Assembly (NCBI GenBank): GCA_965277805.1
Contig: OZ255842.1
Span: forward strand, 3,232,001 to 3,296,000
Length of the DNA stretch: 64,000 nucleotides
Reading direction: 5' to 3'
Source: Candidatus Lustribacter sp.
GTDB taxonomy: Bacteria > Vulcanimicrobiota > Vulcanimicrobiia > Vulcanimicrobiales > Vulcanimicrobiaceae
Shown here: in pieces, positions 39,661-50,251 of the stretch
Numbering within the stretch: the first letter of the stretch is position 1
How the letters are laid out: each line of letters begins with the position of its first letter
The notes under the pieces: model-generated
Databases searched by the model: none
Told to the model about the DNA's origin: nothing
What the model saw: the letters and a program-made list of their open reading frames with translations, nothing else
Program-made: the position numbers and the translations under genes

Positions 39661-41339
39661 TCGGGAAAGCCGTAGTCGCGCTTTGCGGCTTCGGGCGTGA
39701 CGTAGCCGCAAGCGACGTCGCGTCGCACCGCTTCGCGCGGACGCTTCGCGGGGTCGCCGAAACCGCCGCCGCCGCCGCTGCGCGTGATCATCGTATCGTT
39801 AGGCTCGAGGCGAACGGAGTGGAACTTTCCGTGCCGCGCCGGATTCTCGAGCGTGCCGTCGGCGCGTTCCACCTGCATTTGGTTCGGCAGCGCGGCGAGA
39901 CCGCCGAGCAAACCCCACGGCGCGCACAGCGTGCGTTCGGCGTTGGTGTTGACCGTGAGCGGTGCGGTGACGCGCACGCGGCGTTCGATCCCAAGCCCGC
40001 CGCGAAACTCGCCGGCGCCGCCCGAGTCGGGGCGGAGCGCGTAGTTTTCGATCAGCACCGGGATCTTCGATTCGGTCGCTTCAACCGGCGAGTTGTGCGT
40101 ATCGCCGTCGTTCTGGCATACGGTGCCGCTCATGCCGTCGGAGTTGTACTTCGCGCCAAAGCCGCCGCCCAGCACGCCGGCGCCCCGCGTGAAAAACCGC
40201 CCCGTCTTAGGGTTCAGACCGTAGAAGGTCGCCGAACACAGATCGGCATGGTGCGCCGCGATCGTGCGGTCCGGCACGCACTGCGCCATCGCTTTGAAGA
40301 CGGTGTCGACAACCGTCATGGGAATCGTCATCCACATGCGCATCGCCGACGGCTTCACCGCGCTGATCACGCGCCCCGGCGGCAACACGATCTCGAGCGG
40401 CGAAAACGAGCCGTCGTTGATCGGGTAGAGCGTCGGCGTCGTGAGGCACTTGAAGGCGACTTGCGCCGCGCTGCGGCCGGCCGTGTCGCCGCTATTGAAG
40501 TAACCCGGCACCTGCGCGCCGACGTCGGTGAGATCGATCGTCATCTGCTCGCCTGAGATCGTTACGCGCACCTTGATCGGAATCGTCTTATCGCCGACGC
40601 CGTCGTCGTCCATGAACGATTCGGCTTCGTACACGCCGTCGGGCATCGACGCCACCGCCAGGCGCGCCTTGCGTTCGCTCATCGCGTAGATGTCGGTCAC
40701 GCACGTATCGACGGCCTCGATCCCGTACTTGCGCACCAGCGCCGTGTAGCGCCGTTCGCCCGTGCGGATCGAGGCGACTTGCGCGCGGAAGTCGCCCATT
40801 GCGAGTTCCGGAATGCGCACGTTCGTGCGAATGATGCGCGTGAGCTCGTCGTCTTGCACGCCGCGCTTGAAAATCTTGACGATCGGCAGTTGCAGGCCTT
40901 CGGAGAAGATGTCTTGCGTGCGGCCGAGCGCGCCGCCGATATCCATCCAATGGCCCATCGAGGCAGCGAACGCCACGATCTTGCCGTCGTGAAAGATCGG
41001 CAGCGTGAAGATCAGATGGTTGAGGTGACTGCCCATGATATAGGCGTCGTTCGTAAGCAGGATGTCGCCCGGTTCGATGCCCTCGAGGCCGTAGAACGCG
41101 ATCTTCGCCTTGATCGCATCGGAGAGCCCGCGAATGAACATCGGCAAGCCGAGGCCGATCGACATCGTATCGCCGTTGCGGTCGAAGAGACCGACCGTGA
41201 AGTCGAGCGCTTCGTAGATGATCGGATTGTAGGCCGTCCGCATCAAGTTGGTCTTCATCTCATCGGTGATCGCGATGAGGGCGTTGCGGATGATTTCGGC
41301 GGTCACCGGATTTCCGGCGTGCTTGATGGTTGCGGTCAT
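39657..41339 (-). CDS. Hydantoinase B/oxoprolinase subunit
   Basis: RTAYNPIIYEALDF, ND.Y..GSH, GH..DIGG, DSGGAGEFRGG, GGGGFGDP. Confidence 0.93.
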   Translation of the reverse strand: MTATIKHAGNPVTAEIIRNALIAITDEMKTNLMRTAYNPIIYEALDFTVGLFDRNGDTMSIGLGLPMFIRGLSDAIKAKIAFYGLEGIEPGDILLTNDAYIMGSHLNHLIFTLPIFHDGKIVAFAASMGHWMDIGGALGRTQDIFSEGLQLPIVKIFKRGVQDDELTRIIRTNVRIPELAMGDFRAQVASIRTGERRYTALVRKYGIEAVDTCVTDIYAMSERKARLAVASMPDGVYEAESFMDDDGVGDKTIPIKVRVTISGEQMTIDLTDVGAQVPGYFNSGDTAGRSAAQVAFKCLTTPTLYPINDGSFSPLEIVLPPGRVISAVKPSAMRMWMTIPMTVVDTVFKAMAQCVPDRTIAAHHADLCSATFYGLNPKTGRFFTRGAGVLGGGFGAKYNSDGMSGTVCQNDGDTHNSPVEATESKIPVLIENYALRPDSGGAGEFRGGLGIERRVRVTAPLTVNTNAERTLCAPWGLLGGLAALPNQMQVERADGTLENPARHGKFHSVRLEPNDTMITRSGGGGGFGDPAKRPREAVRRDVACGYVTPEAAKRDYGFPE

Positions 41340-43396
41340 GCTTCTTCCACCGTCAGGATCAGATGGCCATAGGGATTGACCACCACGTGCACCCCGGGCG
41401 GAATGCAGGTGAGCGAGCCGGGCTCTTCGATCATTGCGGGTCCGGTAAACGTCATGCCCGCATTGAGGCGGTCGCGGTCGTAAATTGCAGTCTGCACCGG
41501 CGCTCCCGCCGAGAACCGCACCGCGCGGCGTTCGATCAACGCCTCCGACGGATCGGTATCGCCCGAAAGCAAGCGCGGCGGCTGCGGTTTGTTCAGCGCG
41601 CCAACGACCGAGACGCGCGCGGCAACGAATTCTGCCGGTTCTTCGGGCGCGTTGTGTCCGTACCGCTGCAGATACTGCGCATCGAAAGCGGCCTTGATGG
41701 TTTGCTCGGCGTCCGGCGCGTCGAGCGCGGCCGGAAACGGGATGGTCACCGCGTGCTCTTGCCCCTGATAGCGGACGTCGGCCGCGCGTTCGTACGTGAC
41801 CGTCGCCGGCGCGATGCCGGTCGACGCCAGCCAGGCCGCCGCCTCCGCGGTCAGTTCAGCGTAGATGCCGGCGATCGCCGATGCGAGCGTCGCGGCTTTG
41901 AGCGGTGCGACGAACGTGCGCGCGTATTCGCGCCGCAAATCGGCCGTGAGCATGCCGTAGGCGGAGAAGTGGCCCGGCGCAACCGGAATCACGACGTCGC
42001 GCACCGCGAGTTCGCGGGCCACGTCGACCGCCTGCATCGGACCGGCGCCGCCGTAGGCGATCAAGACGAAGTCGCGCGGATCGAGGCCGCGTTCGGTCGA
42101 GACGGTGCGCACGGCATACGCCATCTGCGTGGTCGCGATCGCGACGATCCCTTCGGCTGCTTCGGCAAGATCGATGCCGAGCGGTTCCGCAATTTGCGTG
42201 CGGATCGCGCGTTCGGCCGCGGCCGCATCGAGCTGCAATCGTCCGTCGGCGAAGCGCTCGGGCGAAAGCCGTCCGAGCACCAGATGCGCGTCCGTCACGG
42301 TCGGGTTCGTGCCGCCGCGTCCGTAACACGCCGGGCCCGGGCTCGCACCGGCGCTTTGCGGGCCGACGTGCAGGCCGCCCGCTTCATCGATCCAGGCGAT
42401 GCTGCCGCCGCCCGTGCCGACTTCCTTGATGTCGAGCACGGGGATGCGAATGGCCAGCCCTTCGTTGTAACCGCCGATGAAGAAATCCGGCGAGAGGTTC
42501 GCAATCCCGTCCTGCAGCACGCACGCTTTCGCGGTCGTGCCGCCCATGTCGAAGCAGATGAGATCGCGCGTATCGAGCCCTGCCGCCAGCACGCTCGCGC
42601 CGACGACGCCGGCCGCCGGCCCCGACTCGAGCATCTGGATGCATTGCGACTTCGCCGTCGCAACGTCGCACAAACCGCCGCTCGACTGCATGATCAGCAG
42701 TTCGCCGGCGAACGCGCCCGCGCGTAGACGTTGATCCAGATCTTCGATGTAGCGGCTCACGCGCGGGCCGACGTAGGCGTTCGCGACAGTGGTCGACGTG
42801 CGTTCGTACTCTCGATACTCGCGCGAAACGTCGTGCGAGGCGGTGACGAAGAGTTTCGGGCCGGCAGCGAACAAAATCGCGCGCATCCGGTCCTCGTGAT
42901 CGACGTTCGCGTAGGCGTGCAGAAACACGATCGCCACCGACTCGATGCCGGCGGCGACGAGGTCGACGGCCAGCGTCGTCGCAGCCCCTTCATCGAAGGC
43001 CTTCCAGACCGAACCGTCGTGCAGCATACGCTCGCGCACTTCGAACACGCGGTCGCGCGCGACCAGCGGTACGTGTTTGCGAAAGAACAGGTTGAACGAA
43101 TCGGGCCGGTTGATGCGCCCGATCTCGTAGACGTCGCGGAAGCCTTCGGTCGTGATCAGCGCGGTCTGCGCGCCCTTGCGTTCGAGGATCGCGTTGATCG
43201 CAACGGTCGAGCCGTGGATGACGAATTCCGCCGTCGACGGTGCGGTGCCGGCGCGTTCGATCGCCGCGAACACGCCGTCGGCGAGATTGTCCGGCGTGCT
43301 TAGCGCTTTGCCGAACGTCACCACGCCCGTCCCGACGTCCATGACGGTCACGTCGGTGAACGTTCCGCCGATATCGACGGCAATACGGCTGCTCAC
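41336..43396 (-). CDS. Hydantoinase A/oxoprolinase subunit
   Basis: DIGGTFTD, TTEGFRD, EYER, SGPAAG, DMGGTT, GPQSAGASPGP. Confidence 0.95.
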   Translation of the reverse strand: MSSRIAVDIGGTFTDVTVMDVGTGVVTFGKALSTPDNLADGVFAAIERAGTAPSTAEFVIHGSTVAINAILERKGAQTALITTEGFRDVYEIGRINRPDSFNLFFRKHVPLVARDRVFEVRERMLHDGSVWKAFDEGAATTLAVDLVAAGIESVAIVFLHAYANVDHEDRMRAILFAAGPKLFVTASHDVSREYREYERTSTTVANAYVGPRVSRYIEDLDQRLRAGAFAGELLIMQSSGGLCDVATAKSQCIQMLESGPAAGVVGASVLAAGLDTRDLICFDMGGTTAKACVLQDGIANLSPDFFIGGYNEGLAIRIPVLDIKEVGTGGGSIAWIDEAGGLHVGPQSAGASPGPACYGRGGTNPTVTDAHLVLGRLSPERFADGRLQLDAAAAERAIRTQIAEPLGIDLAEAAEGIVAIATTQMAYAVRTVSTERGLDPRDFVLIAYGGAGPMQAVDVARELAVRDVVIPVAPGHFSAYGMLTADLRREYARTFVAPLKAATLASAIAGIYAELTAEAAAWLASTGIAPATVTYERAADVRYQGQEHAVTIPFPAALDAPDAEQTIKAAFDAQYLQRYGHNAPEEPAEFVAARVSVVGALNKPQPPRLLSGDTDPSEALIERRAVRFSAGAPVQTAIYDRDRLNAGMTFTGPAMIEEPGSLTCIPPGVHVVVNPYGHLILTVEEA

Positions 43397-44697
43397 GTGA
43401 GTTGCAGCGCCGCGGTGAGATCGGCTGCCGCCGCATCGCGCGGTCCAAGCGGCTCGAGACCGAAACGCGTTTCGATCAGTTTCAAGATGGAGGTCGTGTC
43501 GTAGGGCGTATGATCGATGTGCCTCTTCTTCGCAAACGGCGAAATGATAATCGCCGGGATGCGCCGCCCGGGCCCCCAGCGGTCGATCTTCGGCGGCGCC
43601 ACGTGGTCCCAGAAACTATGCCCTTCGTCATACGTCACGATGACGACGCTGTCTTTCCAGTACGCGCTCTCTTGCACGGCACGCACCAAATCGGCCGCGT
43701 GCCGATCTGCCTCGAGCAAGCCTCGCATCTCTTTCGGGTGCTCGTTTTCGGCTGGTTTCACGAACGCGACGCGCGGCAGCGTGCCGTTCTTCAGGTCGGT
43801 GACAAACACGCCCTCATCGTTCTTCACGTGCGCCGTCCAACCAGGCGTGCCGGCCGTGACATCGCGGAAGATCATGAATGGGCGCGACGACGGCGTCGTG
43901 CCGCCCGCGTACCACGCCCACGAAATGCCCGCCGCATCGAGCCGGTTACCGATATGCGGCCGCGTCTGCTTCGGCGCGCGGGCGACCTCCTCGACCGAGA
44001 GGTTATTGACGATGTAGCCGTCGGGCGTGATCAAGCCATCTTTGATGAGCGTCCCGTCGGGCGCCACTTGGGCAACCAGCTCGGCCGGCGCGTCCGGCCA
44101 CTGCGGCACGCCGCCCGAAAAGAGAAAATAGTGGTTCATCGCCGTACCGCCGAACGCGGCTTGGAAGAACCGGTCGGCGAGCACGAACTCTTGCGCGTAT
44201 AGCCACATCGGCAAGGATCGCCCGTCGAAGTAGCCCATCACCGGACTGCCGGAAATCGACGCATAGCCGTCCATCGCCCCACCGTTGATGGCGCGCTGCG
44301 CCTGATAGAAGTTGTTGGCTTGTTCGAATGACGCGTTCAAAGGCTTATCGATCGGCACGTACGCCCCGAGGTCAAACGGCCGGTTCGGCAATGCCGGAAT
44401 CGCGAGCGACGGGTAGGCCGCATCGAGCGGATGTCCGTTGAACGCCGGCAGCACGGCGTACGGCTTCCCGCTCGCATCGGCTTGCGGCGCAGCATGCGCC
44501 GCATTCGCCAGACCGTCGGCGCCCGGAAACATGCCGTAGAGATGATCGAACGAACGGTTCTCGAGATAGATCACGATGATGTGCTCGATCTTTTCCAAGC
44601 CCCGCACGGGCGTCGGAACGGCGCGGGCCGGCAGCGGAAACGCCCCCAGCGCGGCTCCGGCCGCCAAAAGTGCCGAAGCGCGCGCTCGGCTGATCAT
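43393..44697 (-). CDS. Phosphoesterase (acid phosphatase/PLC family)
   Basis: IEHIIVIYLENRSFDH, FGGTAMNH, YDE...WDHV.PP, GPGRRIP. Confidence 0.9.
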   Translation of the reverse strand: MISRARASALLAAGAALGAFPLPARAVPTPVRGLEKIEHIIVIYLENRSFDHLYGMFPGADGLANAAHAAPQADASGKPYAVLPAFNGHPLDAAYPSLAIPALPNRPFDLGAYVPIDKPLNASFEQANNFYQAQRAINGGAMDGYASISGSPVMGYFDGRSLPMWLYAQEFVLADRFFQAAFGGTAMNHYFLFSGGVPQWPDAPAELVAQVAPDGTLIKDGLITPDGYIVNNLSVEEVARAPKQTRPHIGNRLDAAGISWAWYAGGTTPSSRPFMIFRDVTAGTPGWTAHVKNDEGVFVTDLKNGTLPRVAFVKPAENEHPKEMRGLLEADRHAADLVRAVQESAYWKDSVVIVTYDEGHSFWDHVAPPKIDRWGPGRRIPAIIISPFAKKRHIDHTPYDTTSILKLIETRFGLEPLGPRDAAAADLTAALQLT

Positions 44698-44698
44698 C

Positions 44699-45784
44699 CT
44701 ATGATGCTTTGTAGGCCTTCGCCCGGCGCACGACCGCGCCGACGTCGAACTTGTTGAATTCGGGAACGAACTGGTTGGTGTAGAGCGAATCGAGCGGCGG
44801 GTCTTGCGTGATCAGACCGCCGACCTTTAGCGAGACGATCTCCGTCGTCCAGTCTTTGGGGCTGAAGAGGCCGTACTGGTGCGGCTCGCCGTCTTGCCAG
44901 ATCATCATGTTGTTCAAGCGCACTTGCAGCAGCAACAGGTTCTCCTTCAGCGCGTCGGCGTCCGAACCGGCCGGGCGCAATTCGGGATAGTGCTTCCAAT
45001 ACGACTCGAGGCAGGCCGTCGGGTTGGCATTGCACGCGACCGTTGCTTCGGCGCTGATGCGGCCGAACTTCGCGACCAAATCCGGACGCTCGCGAATCAT
45101 CTTGTTGGTCACCGGGAACGCGTGGCTCGCGACGTTCGTGAATTCCGGCGGGAACTTGAGCAGACGGATCTTCGTGCCTTCGAGCTTCATCTGCGCATCC
45201 ATGATATCGAAGAGGTTCAAGGCATCGATCTTGCCCGTACGCAGCGCTTGGAAGGCCGGAACGCCGGTACCGACCGCAACGAAGTTCACGCTGGCCGGAT
45301 CGACGCCGGCTTGCTTGAGGATGGCCTTCGTCATCGAAACGTTGCCGAACGTGAGCGCGCCGACGCCGATCGTCTTACCGCCCAAGTCTTTGACCGACTT
45401 GATCGGGCTGTTATCGAGCACCGAGATTTCCCAGATCGAGTTGCGCGCCGAGTTGTAAACGAAGCGGAAGTCGAAGTTCGGGCGGCCGGGCTGACGCGAG
45501 ATGATCAGCGGATCGAGCGTGCTGAACGTGGTGAACACTTGTCCGCTCATCAACTGCGGCAGAATTACGCCCGAGCCGTCGAGGTTGACGACCGACATCT
45601 CGAGGTTCTCTTCTTTGAAGAACCCGAGGTCTTGCGCGAACACCCACGGCGCGAAGCCGATTGTTAGCGGGCCGGGCCACGCGAAGACGATCGAATCGGG
45701 TCCGGCCGCGCGCACCGGAACGATGGTCGCGGCGGCAAACGCTGCGACCAGCGCAAGACCGCGAACAAGGGACGAGAAACGCAT
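44699..45784 (-). CDS. NMT1/THI5-like substrate-binding protein
   Basis: Signal peptide, GFFKEENL, KDLGGKTIGV, YTNQF. Confidence 0.85.
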   Translation of the reverse strand: MRFSSLVRGLALVAAFAAATIVPVRAAGPDSIVFAWPGPLTIGFAPWVFAQDLGFFKEENLEMSVVNLDGSGVILPQLMSGQVFTTFSTLDPLIISRQPGRPNFDFRFVYNSARNSIWEISVLDNSPIKSVKDLGGKTIGVGALTFGNVSMTKAILKQAGVDPASVNFVAVGTGVPAFQALRTGKIDALNLFDIMDAQMKLEGTKIRLLKFPPEFTNVASHAFPVTNKMIRERPDLVAKFGRISAEATVACNANPTACLESYWKHYPELRPAGSDADALKENLLLLQVRLNNMMIWQDGEPHQYGLFSPKDWTTEIVSLKVGGLITQDPPLDSLYTNQFVPEFNKFDVGAVVRRAKAYKAS

Positions 45785-45844
45785 GCGAACTCCAATGAGC
45801 GGATGATGGCGAGTAAGAGTTAGACGGAAACGAAGTGATGGCAT

Positions 45845-47371
45845 CTAGGCGGGCGTGCCTGGCAAGAGATACCGCCCCAGCTTGTCCTGGCCGAAACCGG
45901 GAACCGCACGGAGCGCGTTGAGTTCGCGCACGATCTCGCGACCGTCGGCGCTGCCCACGGCGGCGAGCAACTCGGTGAAATATTTCGGGCCGGCGGCGAG
46001 CGCATCGCGCACCGAAGCAAAGCGCACGCCGGTGAATTCCGGCGGCGCGGGCACGCTGGTCTCGAGCGTTGCCCTCGCGCCGAACGGCCAGGTAAGATCG
46101 AAGCCCGTCTTCGCGCCGGCGCGCCGGCCGTCGAGCGAGGGATCGAGCGGCAGAGTGCGCATCGCCTCGCCGACGACGATGTCGCGGTCACCTTGGAAGC
46201 GCGTCGCCATCGCCCAGTCCATTTGGTCGGACGACGTGATGTCGATATCGGGATCGACGACGAAGACGTTCTTCACGTTGGCGAGCGAGCCCATGACGGC
46301 GTGGATCGCATTGCGCGCTTCGCCGGGTGCGCGCTGACGCAGTGCGACGCGCACGTTGAAGCTGCCGCCGCTCGACGTCGTGGCGTGCACGGCAACGGGC
46401 TCCCGCACCGCCGTCTCGAGCGTGCGCCACACCATCGATTCCGTACGCAGTGCGGAGATTTGCGCGGTGTCGGTGCGGCTCATCGCGTAGCCGCCGATCG
46501 ACGCGGTTTGGAACAGCGCATCCGCCCGGCTCGTGATCGCGGTGAGATGAAAGACCGGGTTCTGCTTGACCCCACCGTAGTAGCCGAGGAATTCGCCGTA
46601 CGGTCCTTCCCCCTCGGCGTGACCGCGCGCGTCGAAGTAACCTTCGAGGATGTACTCGGCATCCGCCGGCACGAGCAAATCGTTGGTGACGCACTTCACC
46701 ACGCCAAGCGGCGCACCACGCAGCGATGAGATCAGTCCGAGCTCGTCGACCGGCACCTTCAGGGTCGCGGCGATGTGATCGATCGGGTGGCAGCCGACGA
46801 CGAAGCTCACCGGCAACGTTTCGCCGCGCTCGACCGCGGCGAGGTACATCGTCCGCAGATCGCTCGGCGCCACGACGTCGACGCCCGCTTCGTGCGGCCC
46901 GCGCAGCATCAGCCGCCGGGCGCCGACATTCGACCATCCCGTTTGCGCGTCGCGGGCAACGTCGAGCGCCGCCGAGATGTAGGGCCCGCCGTCGAAGCCA
47001 TGCTGCACGTGCACGGGCAAACGCGTCAGGTCGGCATCGTCGCCGGTGAGCACGCGCTGCTGCACGGGCGCCGCGGCGCGCGCGATTTCGATCACTTCGG
47101 CGCGATTGGCGAGGCGGCGCAAGATTTCACGCGGCACGTCGGGCGCCGCAACACCGAACGCGTGCGCAAAACGCGATCGGCTCGACATCACGTTGCCCGC
47201 GAGTTCGGCCCCTTCCGGGCCCACCGACCGGAAGTGCACGGCCTCGGGCGTGCGATCGAGGATCGCCGCGACCTCCGTCAGCGCGACCGGCGCGGCGAAC
47301 TCGGTTACGTCGCCGGCCGGTAACGAAGCAAGAAAGCGCCGTAGCCCGAACGCTTCGCAGTCAACGCTCAT
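45845..47371 (-). CDS. UbiD-family (prFMN) decarboxylase
   Basis: DGGPYIS, VPADAEYILEG, EGPYGEFLGYY, VVDPDID, WAMATR. Confidence 0.92.
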   Translation of the reverse strand: MSVDCEAFGLRRFLASLPAGDVTEFAAPVALTEVAAILDRTPEAVHFRSVGPEGAELAGNVMSSRSRFAHAFGVAAPDVPREILRRLANRAEVIEIARAAAPVQQRVLTGDDADLTRLPVHVQHGFDGGPYISAALDVARDAQTGWSNVGARRLMLRGPHEAGVDVVAPSDLRTMYLAAVERGETLPVSFVVGCHPIDHIAATLKVPVDELGLISSLRGAPLGVVKCVTNDLLVPADAEYILEGYFDARGHAEGEGPYGEFLGYYGGVKQNPVFHLTAITSRADALFQTASIGGYAMSRTDTAQISALRTESMVWRTLETAVREPVAVHATTSSGGSFNVRVALRQRAPGEARNAIHAVMGSLANVKNVFVVDPDIDITSSDQMDWAMATRFQGDRDIVVGEAMRTLPLDPSLDGRRAGAKTGFDLTWPFGARATLETSVPAPPEFTGVRFASVRDALAAGPKYFTELLAAVGSADGREIVRELNALRAVPGFGQDKLGRYLLPGTPA

Positions 47372-47409
47372 GCGACGGGAACGAACCTCCGCGAGGCGAA
47401 CCGGAATGC

Positions 47410-48612
47410 ATGATCGTCACGGAACCTGCCGACGTTTTCGATCCGCGCCACTACGAAGCGTGCCGCCGCCCCGTTGAGGTCGCGGAGACGCTGCCGAATT
47501 GGTGCTACACCTCGCAAGCCTTTTACGAGCGCGAGCGCGAGCACATCTTTCTCAAGCAGTGGATCTGTGCCGGACACGAGAGCCGCGTCGCAACGCCCGG
47601 CAGTTTCTACACCTTTGACTTCGTCGGCGTTCCGATGATCGTCGTGCGCGGCAAGGACGACGTCGTTCGCGCGCTGGTCAACGCGTGCCGGCATCGCGGC
47701 GGCGAAGTCGCCAGCGGTTCCGGCGAGTGCGCCGCCTTCAAGTGCCCCTATCACGCGTGGACGTTCGGCCTCAACGGCGACTTGATCGGGACGCCGATGT
47801 TCGAAGAGAGCGACGTCTTCCGTAAGGCCGACTACGGCCTCACGGAAGTGCGGCTCGAACGCTGGGGCGGCTTTCTCTGGATCAACTTCGATCCGCACGC
47901 CGAGAGCCTCTACTCGTATCTCGGCGATCTGCCCGAACGCGTTGCGGCCTGGAAGCCCGAAGAGATGGCGCTGGCGTCGCACAAGACGTACTTCGTCGAG
48001 GCGAACTGGAAGCAGTACTACGAGAACTTCTCCGACCCGTATCACGTGCCGTTCGTGCACCGCTCGTCGCTGAGTTTCAAGCCCGTCAAGCGGCGCCAGC
48101 TGCACGACCCGGCGATCTACCGCGGCAACTACGTGATGCATCGCGCCTGGTTCGACGGTACGCGCAGCGTGTTGCCGGGCGAAGCGTCGTTCCCCGAGAT
48201 CCCGATCCCCGAAGCGGATCGCGGCACGTTTTATCCGTGGGTGTATCCGACCGCGGGCATGGGTTTTGCGATCGACTCGCTGTTCTGCGTGCAGATTTTG
48301 CCCGACGGCCCGGGGCGCATGCGCATCGAGCGCGACTTCCTCGTGCCCAAGGCTTACACCGAACTGCCCGACTACGAAGCGACGCTGGCCAACTACCTCA
48401 AATCGCAAGAGGTCGTGCAGAACGAAGACGTGCCGATTCTCGAGATGCAGCAGCGCTCGATGCACTCGCCCGTCTACAAGACGGGCCGCTTCGCAACGCT
48501 CGATCAACTCGTGCACGGTTGTCAGAACTGGATCCTCGACCGCGTGCTTGATCCCGATCCCGCCCGCGAAGTGACCAAGCAGCGGCATCTGCGCAGCGTT
48601 TCGATCACGTAA
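47410..48612 (+). CDS. Rieske non-heme iron oxygenase alpha subunit
   Basis: NACRHRG...CPYHAW; NWK...ENFSDPYH...H and late ED iron ligands. Confidence 0.93.
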   Translation: MIVTEPADVFDPRHYEACRRPVEVAETLPNWCYTSQAFYEREREHIFLKQWICAGHESRVATPGSFYTFDFVGVPMIVVRGKDDVVRALVNACRHRGGEVASGSGECAAFKCPYHAWTFGLNGDLIGTPMFEESDVFRKADYGLTEVRLERWGGFLWINFDPHAESLYSYLGDLPERVAAWKPEEMALASHKTYFVEANWKQYYENFSDPYHVPFVHRSSLSFKPVKRRQLHDPAIYRGNYVMHRAWFDGTRSVLPGEASFPEIPIPEADRGTFYPWVYPTAGMGFAIDSLFCVQILPDGPGRMRIERDFLVPKAYTELPDYEATLANYLKSQEVVQNEDVPILEMQQRSMHSPVYKTGRFATLDQLVHGCQNWILDRVLDPDPAREVTKQRHLRSVSIT

Positions 48613-50251
48613 CATCGCGGATTTCGGTGTTCATCTCGACGTCGTTGCGCCGGCGTTCGGCGAACTCGCGCCCGGTCTGCCAGTAGTCGCTCTCGACGGC
48701 GCGCTGCGCTTGCGTTTCCAGCTCTTCGGTCCACGCGCCGAGCGAGTAGCCGAACCACGGCGCCTCGGGCTTGAGTTTGCCCAGGTGCAAGACGTCTTCC
48801 CAGATGACGCGCGCGCGCTCCATGTACTCGCGCTTGGGCAGCGAGATCGGCGGGAAGTCCTGGCGTAACGTCGCGTTGATGAGCAGCGTCGAGTCTTCGG
48901 TGCCGCGGGTCTTGTCGCGTGGCCCGTGACCTTCGTGGCGATGCGGAAGGATCTGCACGTCGAGATGCGGCTTCGAGCGAAAGGCAATCGCCCATAGCAG
49001 GGCGTCGGCGTTCGTGGGATCGATGTCGTCGTTGGTCGCGATCACGAGCTTGCCAGACGAGCGCTGAATCGTCGCGATGCCGTACATCGCCCGCCAGACC
49101 TCGTCGTCCGGGACGCCGCGCTCGAACTGCACGACGAACGTCTTGTAGCCGCCCGTCAGCCGCTCGTGACTGTAGACACGCGTGACGCCCTTGATACCGA
49201 GCGCGTTGCGCAAGTGGTTCATGAAGATGAACTCTTGCCCGGGCCGGCGCATGACGCTGACCTCGCTCGGCGCCAGCTGCGCCATGAACGACGTTAGGAT
49301 CGGCTGCTCGCGCCGCGTGATGCACGTGACGTCCATGAACGCGTTGTATTCCTGAACGTTCACGTAACCGTGCGATTCGCCGAACGGCGCCTCGGGCTCG
49401 AGATATTCCGTGTCGATGAAGCCTTCGATGACGAACTCGGCCTCGGCCGGTACCAGCAGATCGACGGTGCGCGCACGCACGACGTTGATCGGGCTGCGTA
49501 CGAGCCCGCCGGCCAGCGCGAATTCATCGAGACCCTCGGGGGCCTTCTGCACGGCCGCATAGGCGATCGACGGCGGCACACCGACCGCGATCGCCGCCGG
49601 CATCTTCTCGCCGCGCGCCTTGTGCTTCAGCCAGTGGGCGTAGATCCCGGCGCGCAGTTCGACCGACGGGTTCATCCCGACGCGGCGCGGCGACTTCACT
49701 TGCGAGCGGTACAGTCCGACGTTTTGCACCCCCGTGTCGGGATCTTTGGTGACGAAACACGACGTGCTGAAGTACGGCGCGTTATCCCAGCCGGGAGTTG
49801 AGATCGGCACCGGCAGGGCGTCGACGCCGCAGCCCGGTTCGTCCAGCGCGTCGCCTTCGATGATGACGTCGTGGCAGGGTGCGTCCTCGACGACGCGCGG
49901 CGGAATCGGATTTGCGTACGCGCGCGCCCACGCGTCGCGCACCTCGGTGACCGGGTAGCCGACACCGATTTCGAACACCGCCGGGCTCGCGCCCATCGCG
50001 CCGAGCAGCACCGGGAAGTCGTAGTGCTTGCCCTTGCTATCGACCACATTCGTGAACAGCATCGCCTTGCGATCGTTCTCATCGATGCCGCCGCGAAATT
50101 GCCAACGCATCAGCGGGTGCATTTCGGTGTCTTTGTTGATCGGCACGTCGACCCGGATCAGCAGTCCTGCTTCGTCGAGCGCGCGCACTTGATCGTGCAA
50201 ATCCATGTACGCGCGTTCGGGTGGTGCGGAGCGCGCGGCAGACGTGGTCAT
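48605..50251 (-). CDS. UbiD-family (prFMN) decarboxylase
   Basis: NVGLYR, VPAEAEFVIEG, EAPFGESHGY, DDIDP...WA. Confidence 0.92.
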   Translation of the reverse strand: MTTSAARSAPPERAYMDLHDQVRALDEAGLLIRVDVPINKDTEMHPLMRWQFRGGIDENDRKAMLFTNVVDSKGKHYDFPVLLGAMGASPAVFEIGVGYPVTEVRDAWARAYANPIPPRVVEDAPCHDVIIEGDALDEPGCGVDALPVPISTPGWDNAPYFSTSCFVTKDPDTGVQNVGLYRSQVKSPRRVGMNPSVELRAGIYAHWLKHKARGEKMPAAIAVGVPPSIAYAAVQKAPEGLDEFALAGGLVRSPINVVRARTVDLLVPAEAEFVIEGFIDTEYLEPEAPFGESHGYVNVQEYNAFMDVTCITRREQPILTSFMAQLAPSEVSVMRRPGQEFIFMNHLRNALGIKGVTRVYSHERLTGGYKTFVVQFERGVPDDEVWRAMYGIATIQRSSGKLVIATNDDIDPTNADALLWAIAFRSKPHLDVQILPHRHEGHGPRDKTRGTEDSTLLINATLRQDFPPISLPKREYMERARVIWEDVLHLGKLKPEAPWFGYSLGAWTEELETQAQRAVESDYWQTGREFAERRRNDVEMNTEIRDVT

